NCBI GenBank assembly: GCA_022842935.1
Contig: JALHOP010000007.1
Coordinates: 77,592-141,591 of the forward strand
Length of the DNA: 64,000 nucleotides
Direction of reading: 5' to 3'
Source: Myxococcota bacterium
GTDB taxonomy: Bacteria > Myxococcota > XYA12-FULL-58-9 > JALHOP01
Shown here: positions 30,122 to 39,705 of the stretch, piece after piece
How the letters are laid out: every line of letters begins with the position of its first letter
How positions within the stretch are numbered: the stretch's first letter is position 1
The notes under the pieces: model-generated
Told to the model about the DNA's origin: nothing
Seen by the model: only the letters and a program-made list of their open reading frames with translations
Database searches by the model: none
Translations under genes and position numbers: made by a program

Positions 30122-31230
30122 CCGACGTTGCCGCAAGCAAAGGTGACAATGGCGCTGTTCGTGACCTGTACCAGCGCGCGCTGCGGAAGCGGCGCATCCC
30201 CATGCAAGCGATCTTCGAGCTCACGTTGCGTTGCAACTTGCGGTGCGATCACTGCTACCTGGGAAGTGATCGCAAGCGTGACGAGCTGTCGACTGCCGAG
30301 GTCACGCGCATCCTCGATGAGCTCGCGGGTGCGGGGACGCTCATTCTCACGTTGACCGGCGGCGAGGTCATGCTGCGGCCGGACTTCGAAGACATTTATC
30401 GGCACGCCATCGCGCGCGGATTTTTGGTCAGCGTGTTCACCAACGCGACGCTCATCAAGCCTCGCCACGTCCAGCTGTTCAAGGAGCTGCCGCCACGCGT
30501 CGTCGAGGTCTCGCTGTACGGCTTGAGTGACGACGACTACGTCGACTTCACGCATGCGACGATCCCTTTTGCCGACGTCGACGCCAACCTGCGCGCGCTC
30601 AAGAGCGCGGGCGTCCATTTCGTCTTGAAGAGCGTCGCGACGGTCACGCTGGGTCCCAAGATCCGAGCCATGCGCGCCTACGCCGAAGCGCTCGGTGTGC
30701 ACTTCCGATTCTCGACGACAGTCTACGGCGCCAATGACGAGACGGCGCTTGCCGACCACGAGCGACCCTCGGCCGAGACAGTCTGCGACAACGAGCGCGG
30801 CATCGTGCCAGTCGAGAGCCCGAACCGCGTGCCGCTCCCAACTCTTCCGAATCGTGTCTTCAACTGCGGAGCGGGTCGCGTCGCCATGCACGTCGACCCC
30901 GAAGGCATCGCTTCGCGTTGTGGCATCGTTACGAGCGCGCTTGGCGCACACACCGACTTGCGCAAGGTTTCGGTGCGCGAAGCCTGGGAGCGATTGGGCG
31001 TTGGCCTCGACGACGAGCTGGCCGAGGGGCATCCGTGCCGCGACTGTGAGATTAGGGCGCTATGCCACCGGTGCCCTGCGACCTCGACGCCCGAGCAAGA
31101 GATCGCCATGTGCGAGACTGCGCATGCCCGGGCGCGCGAGCTCGACCTTCAGGTGGCGGCGGTAGCGCCGATGCGCCAATTCTGGCAACCTCGGGAAGAG
31201 TCGATCTTGAAGCGGAGATTTCGTGGCTGA
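30118..31230 (+). CDS. Radical SAM enzyme with a SPASM domain (peptide maturase)
   Basis: CNLRCDHC (CX3CX2C), TGGE; SPASM cysteines CGAG...C...CRDC-X5-C-X2-C...C. Confidence 0.95.
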   Translation: MTDVAASKGDNGAVRDLYQRALRKRRIPMQAIFELTLRCNLRCDHCYLGSDRKRDELSTAEVTRILDELAGAGTLILTLTGGEVMLRPDFEDIYRHAIARGFLVSVFTNATLIKPRHVQLFKELPPRVVEVSLYGLSDDDYVDFTHATIPFADVDANLRALKSAGVHFVLKSVATVTLGPKIRAMRAYAEALGVHFRFSTTVYGANDETALADHERPSAETVCDNERGIVPVESPNRVPLPTLPNRVFNCGAGRVAMHVDPEGIASRCGIVTSALGAHTDLRKVSVREAWERLGVGLDDELAEGHPCRDCEIRALCHRCPATSTPEQEIAMCETAHARARELDLQVAAVAPMRQFWQPREESILKRRFRG

Positions 31231-31390
31231 CAGCAACCATCCGGCGCGCAAGCGCAAAGCCTATCAGCCACCGAAGCTCGAGACCGTCGAGGTCGTCGCC
31301 GAGGAAGCGCTGCTCGCTCTCTGCGCTTTCGGTGGTGGAACGCCCCAGACCGTCATGCAGGGCGCCCCCTGCGAGGTCTGCAAGAGTTGA
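31223..31390 (+). CDS. Putative RiPP precursor peptide, 55 aa (not in the ORF track)
   Basis: GGAG RBS at 31214-31217, GTG overlapping the rSAM 3' end; MADSNHPARKRKAYQPPKLETVEVVAEEALLALCAFGGGTPQTVMQGAPCEVCKS; YxxPxL leader motif. Confidence 0.85.
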   Translation: MADSNHPARKRKAYQPPKLETVEVVAEEALLALCAFGGGTPQTVMQGAPCEVCKS

Positions 31391-31421
31391 CGGGTGGGCG
31401 CCGCTCGCGTTTGTAGCGGGC

Positions 31422-32255
31422 GTGCGTGACATTGCTTTTGGGCCCATCGCTCTGCGCATCGCCGGAGACCTCGCGGCTGTTCGCTGGCCGCTCGGGGCCG
31501 ACGACGTGCAGGTCGCTCCGCGGGTAGGCGCGAAAGTCGTGCACACCGAGCTCGTCGACGACCTACCGCCGCTCGCGAACCCGACCATCGACACGGGGGT
31601 GTGGCGCGCCGCTGCCTCGGGAGACGGCACGCGCTTCGCAATCACGGTTCCTCCTGACGCTCGCGTCGTCGCCGATTTTCACTGGGGTACATCGATGGTT
31701 TTGCGCGTTGTTCGCGATTTCATCGGCTTCGACCGCGCCCCCTGGTTCGACATCCTCGTACAGCTTGCGGTGGCCGAGATGGCGCCTTCCTGCGCAGGCT
31801 TGGCGCTCCATGCGGCCTGCCTCGAGATCGGGGGTCGCGCTGTACTCCTGTGTGGGCGTTCGGGGGCAGGCAAGACCACGCTCGCTGGCCGCCTAATCCG
31901 TGCGGGGGGGCATCTGATGAGTCATGATCGAACAATCCTGTTCGGAAGCGGCGCATGGCGTGCCGTTTCGACTCCCTGGGGACACGATGGAAGGTTGGCG
32001 AGCGCCGAGCGCGAACGGGATGTCGGCGCTGTCTTGTTTCTCGAGCAAGCCCCCGTCAACAGTAGTGAACGACTGACCGGCGTGCGTGGTATGGCGCGCG
32101 TTGGGTCGGTGGTGCTCGGAGCCCGGTCTGCCAAAGCGGTTATGAGCAAAGCAATGGAAGTGGCGGAGCACCTCGTGCGTGAGGTGCCCTGCCACGTCGT
32201 GCGTTTGACGAACGACGAGCGAGCGACGGAACACGTGCTGGAGTTGTTGCGATGA
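31422..32255 (+). CDS. HPr-kinase-related P-loop protein (candidate peptide kinase)
   Basis: LALHAACL, Walker A CGRSGAGKTT, SHDR, STPWG; GTG start at 31422 inferred. Confidence 0.8.
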   Translation: MRDIAFGPIALRIAGDLAAVRWPLGADDVQVAPRVGAKVVHTELVDDLPPLANPTIDTGVWRAAASGDGTRFAITVPPDARVVADFHWGTSMVLRVVRDFIGFDRAPWFDILVQLAVAEMAPSCAGLALHAACLEIGGRAVLLCGRSGAGKTTLAGRLIRAGGHLMSHDRTILFGSGAWRAVSTPWGHDGRLASAERERDVGAVLFLEQAPVNSSERLTGVRGMARVGSVVLGARSAKAVMSKAMEVAEHLVREVPCHVVRLTNDERATEHVLELLR

Positions 32256-35203
32256 GATTCGCAGTTTTGGTGATTGTGGGCTCGGCCCTCCTGGCGAGTA
32301 GCGCAAACGCCGCCTACATCGCCAACATCACCATCGACGGAAATGCCGCAGACTGGAGCGGCATGTATCAGTTTCGTGACCGCAACGAGACGACCCAGAC
32401 TGGTACCGACATCCCCGACCGCTACGATGTCGACACCGTCTACGTCGCGAATGACGGCACGTACCTGTACTGGGCGATCAACACGTACGGTGCGATCAGC
32501 GGTAACCTCTCATGGCGCATCTACGTCGACCCGAACAACGACACGGCTTCGGGTGGCGGCTACGGCCAAGACGACCGCTACGTCGAGTTCGATACCAACA
32601 ACGGCACCTGCCAGGCAGTGACCGTCCACGACGCCGACAACAATGCGGTGCGCAACCCTGCCATCGGGTGCGGGAACGGCGCCAACATCAACGTGGCTTT
32701 CAGCGGCACCTTCATCGAGGGGCGCATCTTGCTTTCGCGCCTTTTCACGACGGTCCCCACCGGCGGCAACCTCAACATCGGCGTCCTCGTGCAGGTCATT
32801 CCGAACACGGGCAACACGGCGACCGAGCTCGCGCCGGGGCAGCCGCTTCCGTCGTTCATCGACTACGACAATCGTGGCACTCTGGTCCCCACCTTTGTCC
32901 GCGTCCGCGGACTGACCGCCGAAGCAGCTGAAGGTGGCGTACTCGTGCGTTGGCGCACGAGCGCTGAGTACTTCAGCGCCGGTACCTGGGTGGTCCGGGC
33001 GAGCGGCGACGACTGGGTGCCCGTAAGTGGCGAACCTTCCGCGACACAGAACCAGGCGACCGGCGACAGTTACGCCGTGGTCGATGCCAATGGAGGGCCG
33101 GGGGACATCTACGCGCTCGTCGAAGTCGACAGCCGCACTATCGTGCGCGTCTTCGGGCCCGTGACGGCCGTGAAGAGCGCCGTGACCTTGCCCACGCGCT
33201 CACAGCGTCTCGCCAGCAACCTGACGAGCAACGCCCGTCGCATCGCGTCCCTCGATCAGCGCCTGCGCGTGCGCACCGCTGCCCTGGACAACATCCTGAG
33301 TGGCGGCCCGCTCCCCGGGCGCTTCCCGCAGCTCGACGTCGATGTAACCCGCGAAGGTCTATTCGTCGTCTGCGATAGCGATACGCTACGTTATGGTGGC
33401 GTGCCTGCGAAGATCACGCGCGGCGCCGAGGTCGTACGTGGCTTTGCGGTGAGTACGCCGTGCGCGGGCCTTGGCTTCTACGCGCCGGCTCCGAGCTCGC
33501 CCTACGCGCCGTTCGACGTCTACCGCGTGCAACTCGCGGCCGCGCGCAACCTCTCGCTCATCGACGCGCCCCTCGTGACGACGTACGACGGCCCCGTATC
33601 ATTGGCAACGCTGTCCACGCTCGTGACACCGCGCCGCTATCTCGACATGCGCGACGGGCAGCCCAACCGTTTCTTCTGGAGCTACGCCTCGACCTCGCCA
33701 AGCGCTCCCGTCGACCTTCCCGCGATTCCGGGTTACGCCGACATGACCGTCGACGTGCATCCGCTCTCTGGCGGCGCGACGCACACCCTCGTGGTTGCGA
33801 CCGATCGCGAGCTTGGTCGCTACACGGTCGGTGACGGTTGGAGCCGAATCGACTTCACCAACCTGGCGGTGAACGGCGCTCCGGCTCTCACCTTCGTGGT
33901 CGAAGCAGAACAAGGCGTCATCGAGACGGTCTTGCTCGCCGACGCTACCGTCCGCTATCGCGGCGAGCCTGCCCAGGCCGAAAACGGTGTGCATTTCGGC
34001 GCCGACGGTGACAGCTGGGTCGGTGTCCGAGGCGGCGAAGGTTTCGCCTTCGATGTCACGCAACCGCGCGACCCAAGCCTCCTCGTCGTCGCCCCATACG
34101 CGAACGGCACCGTCGTACACACGCAACCCGAGACCCGCGATGTCTTCATCGCCAAGACCTTCACGAAGCTCCAAGCCGTGCCCACCCTCGTCGATGCGTT
34201 CATTGACGAGCCGGGGAGCGGCGCCGAATACCTAGTTCTCACACCGGCCTCGCTCGTGGACACCGCGCGTGAGCTCGCACAGCTGCGGGCCGAAGAGGGG
34301 ATGAGCACAGCGGTGCTCTCCTACGAGGCTGTCTACGCGCGTTTCACTGGCTCGAACCCCGACCCGACGGCCGTCGCGAAGCTCCTCGATTGGGCCGCTG
34401 TCCGCTGGAGCGTCGCACCGCGCTACCTCGTGCTCGTAGGTAGCACGAGCTCGGACCCGTATGGCTATACTGGGTCGCAGCGGCTCGCCGACGCGCCCAT
34501 CGCCGAGAGCTTGGACCCCGACTTTACCTACCGGCGCTTCAGTGACCGCGACCTCACGGGCTCGCATCAGGTCGCCGTCGGGCGCATTCCTACCTCTGAC
34601 GCTTATGAGCTTGGCCGCTACGTCGAGAAACTCCGCGCCCACCGCGAGCGGAGCGCAACGGGCGTCTGGTCAGTACTCGCTGGGGCCTCGACCCCCGATG
34701 AGCCCTCGTATGCTGGCCTCGTCAACAACATCGCGGCGCAGGTCGCCGAGTCGGTGACCATCGATCGCTTGGACGACGCAACCACCGTTGACCTCGTGAA
34801 TGCATGGGGCGCGGCCGACGTCATTGCCTACGCTGGTCACGGCGATGCCGAGTCGTGGGCAGACGACGTGCTCTACACCGAGCTTGCGCCAAACCTCGTG
34901 ACGGAGCGGCCACCCGTGACCCTTTCTGCGGCTTGCATGGACGCAATGACCACCAGCGCCAACGGAGGCCTCGCCTGGTCCTTGGTGTCCGCTGAAGTGG
35001 GTCGCGGTAGCATCGCAGCCATTGCGCCAAGCAGCATCATCGAGCCTATCAGGGCCTCTGCGTTCCTCGGACGGGCGGCTGCAGCCATCGCGCACGGTGA
35101 GGCGGCGCGCTGGGGGGATGCCTGGTTGCTCGCGCAGATGAGTGATACGAGTGTCGCCGCGCGGTCGATGGTGCTCATCGGCGACCCAGCGCTCAGCCCA
35201 TGA
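32252..35203 (+). CDS. Secreted C25 (gingipain-like) cysteine peptidase with N-terminal beta-sandwich domains
   Basis: Signal peptide; EYLVLTP, RYLVLVG, VAVGRIP, YAGHG (His), SAAC (Cys), LIGDPAL. Confidence 0.85.
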   Translation: MRFAVLVIVGSALLASSANAAYIANITIDGNAADWSGMYQFRDRNETTQTGTDIPDRYDVDTVYVANDGTYLYWAINTYGAISGNLSWRIYVDPNNDTASGGGYGQDDRYVEFDTNNGTCQAVTVHDADNNAVRNPAIGCGNGANINVAFSGTFIEGRILLSRLFTTVPTGGNLNIGVLVQVIPNTGNTATELAPGQPLPSFIDYDNRGTLVPTFVRVRGLTAEAAEGGVLVRWRTSAEYFSAGTWVVRASGDDWVPVSGEPSATQNQATGDSYAVVDANGGPGDIYALVEVDSRTIVRVFGPVTAVKSAVTLPTRSQRLASNLTSNARRIASLDQRLRVRTAALDNILSGGPLPGRFPQLDVDVTREGLFVVCDSDTLRYGGVPAKITRGAEVVRGFAVSTPCAGLGFYAPAPSSPYAPFDVYRVQLAAARNLSLIDAPLVTTYDGPVSLATLSTLVTPRRYLDMRDGQPNRFFWSYASTSPSAPVDLPAIPGYADMTVDVHPLSGGATHTLVVATDRELGRYTVGDGWSRIDFTNLAVNGAPALTFVVEAEQGVIETVLLADATVRYRGEPAQAENGVHFGADGDSWVGVRGGEGFAFDVTQPRDPSLLVVAPYANGTVVHTQPETRDVFIAKTFTKLQAVPTLVDAFIDEPGSGAEYLVLTPASLVDTARELAQLRAEEGMSTAVLSYEAVYARFTGSNPDPTAVAKLLDWAAVRWSVAPRYLVLVGSTSSDPYGYTGSQRLADAPIAESLDPDFTYRRFSDRDLTGSHQVAVGRIPTSDAYELGRYVEKLRAHRERSATGVWSVLAGASTPDEPSYAGLVNNIAAQVAESVTIDRLDDATTVDLVNAWGAADVIAYAGHGDAESWADDVLYTELAPNLVTERPPVTLSAACMDAMTTSANGGLAWSLVSAEVGRGSIAAIAPSSIIEPIRASAFLGRAAAAIAHGEAARWGDAWLLAQMSDTSVAARSMVLIGDPALSP

Positions 35204-37107
35204 AACAGGTCCTCCCTGTTGTACTTCTAGTTTGCGTGTTCGCGGCGTGCTCCGGTGACGGGAGCGAGGCGCTACTGCGGGTCGACGCGCGCGGTGTCCA
35301 AGCGCTGCGCTCCGCGCTCGACCTCGCCACTGGTCGTCTCACCATCAACTGCACCGACGGGCGTCGGTTCGACGTACCGGTCGCGCTCGATGCAATCGAG
35401 CCGCCGGGGCAAGAGCTGACCGTGGCGGTCCCTGCGTGCGGCGATGCGCGCATCGAGTTCCAAATCCTTTCGGGCGTCGGCGTCCCCGAGCTACGGGGCG
35501 CGAACGACGCCGTCCTCGTGCCGGGCTTCGTGGATGTGGAGATCCCGCTCGGCTATGTTGGCCAGCTCTCACTAAGTCTTGCCACTGACTCGCTCGTCGA
35601 GAGCTGCGTCGCCGTGGTCGAGCGCACCTCACCCGATCGCGTCCTCGTCGAAAGCGCGCTCACGCTGACCCGCACCGAAGTGACGTCGCTCATCGTCCCC
35701 ATCGGTAGCTACGACGTCACGTGCGACGGCCGCATCGCCCAGACTCTCGTGAGCCCGGGCCTCAACGTCGACGTCGCCCTCATTGACCCGGTGCCCGGTC
35801 CGCGGCTCATCAGCACCACCCTGCAGCCGAGCTATCCGCCGACCACCGCGCGCATCGACGTGACCTTCACATTTTCGGCGCCGGTGACTGGTGTCGACGC
35901 GAGTAGCGTGAGCCTCGACAACGACGGCACCATCCAGGCCGTGAGCGGGAGCGGTTCGAGCTACACCGTGACCTTCAATGGCCTCAACATTGGCACTGAC
36001 TACATCGTCACCCTGTCAGCCAGCATCGTCGACAGCGAAGGTCTTCCCCTGGTCGGCGCTCCGCTCCGCCTGCCCTTCCGCATCCGCGCCAACGAATACT
36101 TCGTGTCGACAGCTGGCGACGACAGCGTCAACAGCGGCACCGACCCGACGAGCCCTTGGCGCAATATCGCGTTTGCGGTGGCCAGTGCCTCGACGCCCGC
36201 GCGCATCTACGTCGCCGCTGGTACGTATGACGAGCAGGTGTTTCTCGCCAGCGATGTCACCATCGAAGGCGGCTGGTCAGCGGACTTCGTGACACGCGAC
36301 CTTGCCACTAACGAGAGCCGTGTCCGCGCGAGCAATCAGACGGTCTTTTTCGGCAGTGTCGGCAACGCCGTTGTCGATGGGCTGACCATCGAAGCGACGC
36401 AGCCGCAGCAAGTCGTGGTGATGCAGAACGCCGATGCCACCTTGCGTAACTGCATCGTCACCGGAGCGGGAGGAACCTTTCCGACTGGCTATGGCGTGTT
36501 CATCGAAGGCCTGGGTCTACCGAGTCTCGTCAACAACGTCATCGCGGTGTCGGCGGGCTCTTCGAGCACCTACGCGGTCTTCGTTCAGAACGGCGGTAGC
36601 GCCCGCGTCATCCACAACACCATCGACGCGGGTGATCGTGGCATCGTCTCCGGTGTCTACCTCGACAGCGCCGCGGGCGACGTCAGCATCGTGAACAACC
36701 TCTTTGTTGGTGGCACCACCGTCAACACCCGCGTCGGCATCACCGGGGAAGCGCCTCCTACCGCCCTTGTGAACAACGCGTTCTCGGCCGAACACGATGA
36801 TGCGTATCGCAACGCCGCTGGCACCGGGCTTCCCATCGGCGCGGCCGGTGACTTCGGCTTTACCGCGCCGCACCGCTTTAGCGGCAACGTGCTCGTGGCA
36901 GCTACCGCAGCCTTGGTTAGCGGTGGCGACTACCGCAGCACACCCGACAGCTCACTCCAGATCGGCATTGACTCGGCGCCCGCGGATTGCGGATTCACAG
37001 ACACCTCCGCCTACCCGTGTTTCGGTCCGACGACGGACCGCTTGGGACAGGCGCGCGCGGTCCCGACGACGGTTGGTGCCTACGCGTCCGGTGCCGGAGC
37101 GCTTTGA
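35200..37107 (+). CDS. Lipoprotein with Ig-like and DUF1565/parallel beta-helix domains
   Basis: FAAC lipobox; VTFTFSAPV; YFVSTAGDD..SGT...PWRNIAFA; IYVAAGTY. Confidence 0.8.
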   Translation: MKQVLPVVLLVCVFAACSGDGSEALLRVDARGVQALRSALDLATGRLTINCTDGRRFDVPVALDAIEPPGQELTVAVPACGDARIEFQILSGVGVPELRGANDAVLVPGFVDVEIPLGYVGQLSLSLATDSLVESCVAVVERTSPDRVLVESALTLTRTEVTSLIVPIGSYDVTCDGRIAQTLVSPGLNVDVALIDPVPGPRLISTTLQPSYPPTTARIDVTFTFSAPVTGVDASSVSLDNDGTIQAVSGSGSSYTVTFNGLNIGTDYIVTLSASIVDSEGLPLVGAPLRLPFRIRANEYFVSTAGDDSVNSGTDPTSPWRNIAFAVASASTPARIYVAAGTYDEQVFLASDVTIEGGWSADFVTRDLATNESRVRASNQTVFFGSVGNAVVDGLTIEATQPQQVVVMQNADATLRNCIVTGAGGTFPTGYGVFIEGLGLPSLVNNVIAVSAGSSSTYAVFVQNGGSARVIHNTIDAGDRGIVSGVYLDSAAGDVSIVNNLFVGGTTVNTRVGITGEAPPTALVNNAFSAEHDDAYRNAAGTGLPIGAAGDFGFTAPHRFSGNVLVAATAALVSGGDYRSTPDSSLQIGIDSAPADCGFTDTSAYPCFGPTTDRLGQARAVPTTVGAYASGAGAL

Positions 37108-37170
37108 CGCCGCGCTCGCGGCGGAGCCTGGCCGGTGCGAGCGCGTCGAACCTGTGCGACACTGCTATCG

Positions 37171-39564
37171 ATGAGGCGAAGGCTCACACTGTTCGCGCTG
37201 CTGTCTAGTTGCTCGGTCGATCTCCAGATCCCGGATGCTGCGGACATCGCCTGCGAGAGCGACGATGACTGCCCATCGGGCTTCATCTGCGATGTGCGCA
37301 GTCAGTGCCGCAGCCCGGAGGTCGCGGCGCGCGGTGTCCCCGGGTTCGACATTACTCCGACGACCGTCACCGTCGGGGAGTCCGGCACGCCGACGGTCGT
37401 TAACGTGCGCCTCACCGCGCAGCCGACCGCGGCGGTCACTCTCGTGCTCGCGCCCGATGACGGCAGCGAAGCGTTCATCTCCAAGAATGTGCTGACGTTT
37501 ACACCGGAAAACTACAACATCGCTCAAGCAGTCACGGTCGTCGGCGAGCGCGACTGCCTCGCGGACGGGCCCATCGTCTCGCACATCCTGATTTCTCCGG
37601 CCCAGAGTCTGGACCCCGACTACAACGGCCTCGACGCGCCAGATCTGGAAGTCACCACCAACGACGACGTGCCTTCCGCGGGGATCGTGGTTACGCCTCC
37701 CAGCGGCCTCGAGACCAACGAGAGCGGCAACGTGACCCAGTTCACCGTCGTCGTCGCTTGTAAGCCCACGGCGGACGTTCATTTTACCCTGGCGTCGACG
37801 GACGAAACCGAAGGCACCATCACCACGACTGAGCTCACTTTCACGCCTGACAACTGGGCGGTCCCGCGCGTCATCAACGTAGCGGGCAAGGGTGACTGCG
37901 AAACCGACGGTGACGTCACCTATGCCGTCGATCTCGGTAGGGTCGCGAGCGACGACCCGCTCTACGCGGGCATCGATGCGCCGAACGTCGAGCTCGTCAA
38001 TCGTGACGTTGTTTTCGGGCGGGTCAACGTCTCGCCCAACAACGGCCTGCGGACCACCGAAGGCGGCGGGCAAGCGACGTTCTCGGTGACGCTCACTTGC
38101 GCGCCGAGCGCCAATGTCATCGTGCCGATTGGCACAGGTGACGGAAGCGAAGGCACTCCGGGCGCGACGACGAGCCTCACGTTTACTCCGGCCAACTGGG
38201 GCGAGCCGCAAGCGGTCATCATCACCGGCGTAAATGACTTCTACGACGACGGTAACATTGCGTACGCCATCACCACCGGCACGCTCAATAGCACCGACCT
38301 TGGCTTCAATGGGCTCGATCCTGTCGATGTCAGCGTTACCAACGAAGACGACGACACAGCGAGCGTCACCGTGACCCCGACCACCGGTCTGCACACGACC
38401 GAAGCCGCGGGCACGGCGCAGTTCAGCATTCAGCTCGGGGCCGAGCCCCTATCACCCGTGCAGATCGCCATCGCCAGCACCGACACAGCCGAAGGGACCG
38501 TCGTCGGCACCACGGTGACGATCGCCGACCGCAATCCACGTTTCATCACCATCACCGGCGTGAACGACCCGGTCGACGACGACAACAAGAGTTACACCAT
38601 CACGCTGGGCGACATCGTCAGCAGCGACCCCGCCTTTAGCGGCATGGCGGTGCCCGACGTCGCAGTCATCAACGACGACGACGACACCGCGGGATTCACG
38701 CGCTGGGAGAACGCTGTATACGTCACCGAGGCGGGCAGCACCGCGGACGTGCGGCTCAGTCTCGCCTCGAGGCCGAGCGCCGACGTCAATTGCGTGGTCG
38801 ACGACACGTTCAACGACAACGAGATCCGTGTGGGCACTACCGGTTCGGTGAACGTGACGTTTACGCCGGTGACCTACGGCCTGTTGCAGTCGGTGACCGT
38901 GACGGGGGTGAACGACGGCGTCGCTGATGGCCTCTCGAATCCGTTGCCTTCGGTCCGTACCCAGTGCACGTCCGCGGACCCAAAGTACAACGGCATGCAA
39001 TACTACGTGACAGCCTACACCATCGAGCCGGCCAGCTCGCGGCGCGTCTACCAGACCGCAACAGCGGGCTACACCGGCAATCAGATCGCGATCACCACGG
39101 CTGACACCATTTGTCAGAACAACAACCCCATCGGCAGCGGCACCTGGAAGGCGATGCTCACCTCGTCGGATCCTACGGCGCCATCGGCGTTGCGGCGCGC
39201 CTGCACGACGCCCAACTGTGTCAGCAGTAGTGAGAATCAAAACTGGGTCTTCAGGCCGGCCTTCACGTATTACTGGTCCGGTGTGAACGGCATCGTCGGC
39301 ACGACGAACGCCGCTGGCATCTTCACCGGCATGATCGATGGCACACCGCCTAGCTCGGGCACCGCAGGTTTCGCTGGCTACTGGACCGGCATGAGCGCCG
39401 ATTTCACGAACAACGCCAATTGCAACAATTGGTCGACCACCAGCGGCACGGGGTCGGTTGGTCTCGACCGCCAGTCCACTGTCGGCAACACATTCGGCTG
39501 GAATCCGGGCATCGCCACCTTCGACTGCACCCAGACCCATCAGCTGCTGTGCATCGAGCAGTGA
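37171..39564 (+). CDS. Lipoprotein adhesin-like protein with about 5 Calx-beta/cadherin-like repeats and a C-terminal DUF1554-like domain
   Basis: LSSC lipobox, Cys-rich module, repeated LTFTPxNW/Y and NDDDD units, ADTICQ...YWTGM...CNNW...LLCIEQ. Confidence 0.8.
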   Translation: MRRRLTLFALLSSCSVDLQIPDAADIACESDDDCPSGFICDVRSQCRSPEVAARGVPGFDITPTTVTVGESGTPTVVNVRLTAQPTAAVTLVLAPDDGSEAFISKNVLTFTPENYNIAQAVTVVGERDCLADGPIVSHILISPAQSLDPDYNGLDAPDLEVTTNDDVPSAGIVVTPPSGLETNESGNVTQFTVVVACKPTADVHFTLASTDETEGTITTTELTFTPDNWAVPRVINVAGKGDCETDGDVTYAVDLGRVASDDPLYAGIDAPNVELVNRDVVFGRVNVSPNNGLRTTEGGGQATFSVTLTCAPSANVIVPIGTGDGSEGTPGATTSLTFTPANWGEPQAVIITGVNDFYDDGNIAYAITTGTLNSTDLGFNGLDPVDVSVTNEDDDTASVTVTPTTGLHTTEAAGTAQFSIQLGAEPLSPVQIAIASTDTAEGTVVGTTVTIADRNPRFITITGVNDPVDDDNKSYTITLGDIVSSDPAFSGMAVPDVAVINDDDDTAGFTRWENAVYVTEAGSTADVRLSLASRPSADVNCVVDDTFNDNEIRVGTTGSVNVTFTPVTYGLLQSVTVTGVNDGVADGLSNPLPSVRTQCTSADPKYNGMQYYVTAYTIEPASSRRVYQTATAGYTGNQIAITTADTICQNNNPIGSGTWKAMLTSSDPTAPSALRRACTTPNCVSSSENQNWVFRPAFTYYWSGVNGIVGTTNAAGIFTGMIDGTPPSSGTAGFAGYWTGMSADFTNNANCNNWSTTSGTGSVGLDRQSTVGNTFGWNPGIATFDCTQTHQLLCIEQ

Positions 39565-39640
39565 ACGGTGAGGGTCCCTCGGCGCCCGCGTTGCGCGAAC
39601 CGACGAGCCTCGGACCTGCTACGCCGACAGGGTAGGCACG

Positions 39641-39668
39641 GCAACCGCGTATAAACCCGCGCCGATAC
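39641..39668 (+). promoter_or_regulatory. Putative sigma28-like promoter GCAACC-N14-GCCGATAC
   Basis: Recurring motif, 37 nt before ATG 39706. Confidence 0.55.
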
Positions 39669-39705
39669 AGCACCACCTCAAACCTAGCGCTGGGAGTGGT
39701 GTGCC

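Noticed and set aside
31062-31421. N-terminal extension of the kinase ORF given in the track
   Set aside because: Overlaps the rSAM 3' end and the precursor gene in other frames; reads as off-frame Arg/Ser/Pro-rich sequence
29473-32255. Lasso peptide or PQQ biosynthesis cluster
   Set aside because: No asparagine-synthetase-like cyclase or transglutaminase-like B2 protease; no PqqB/PqqC, and the peptide lacks the PqqA ExxxY motif
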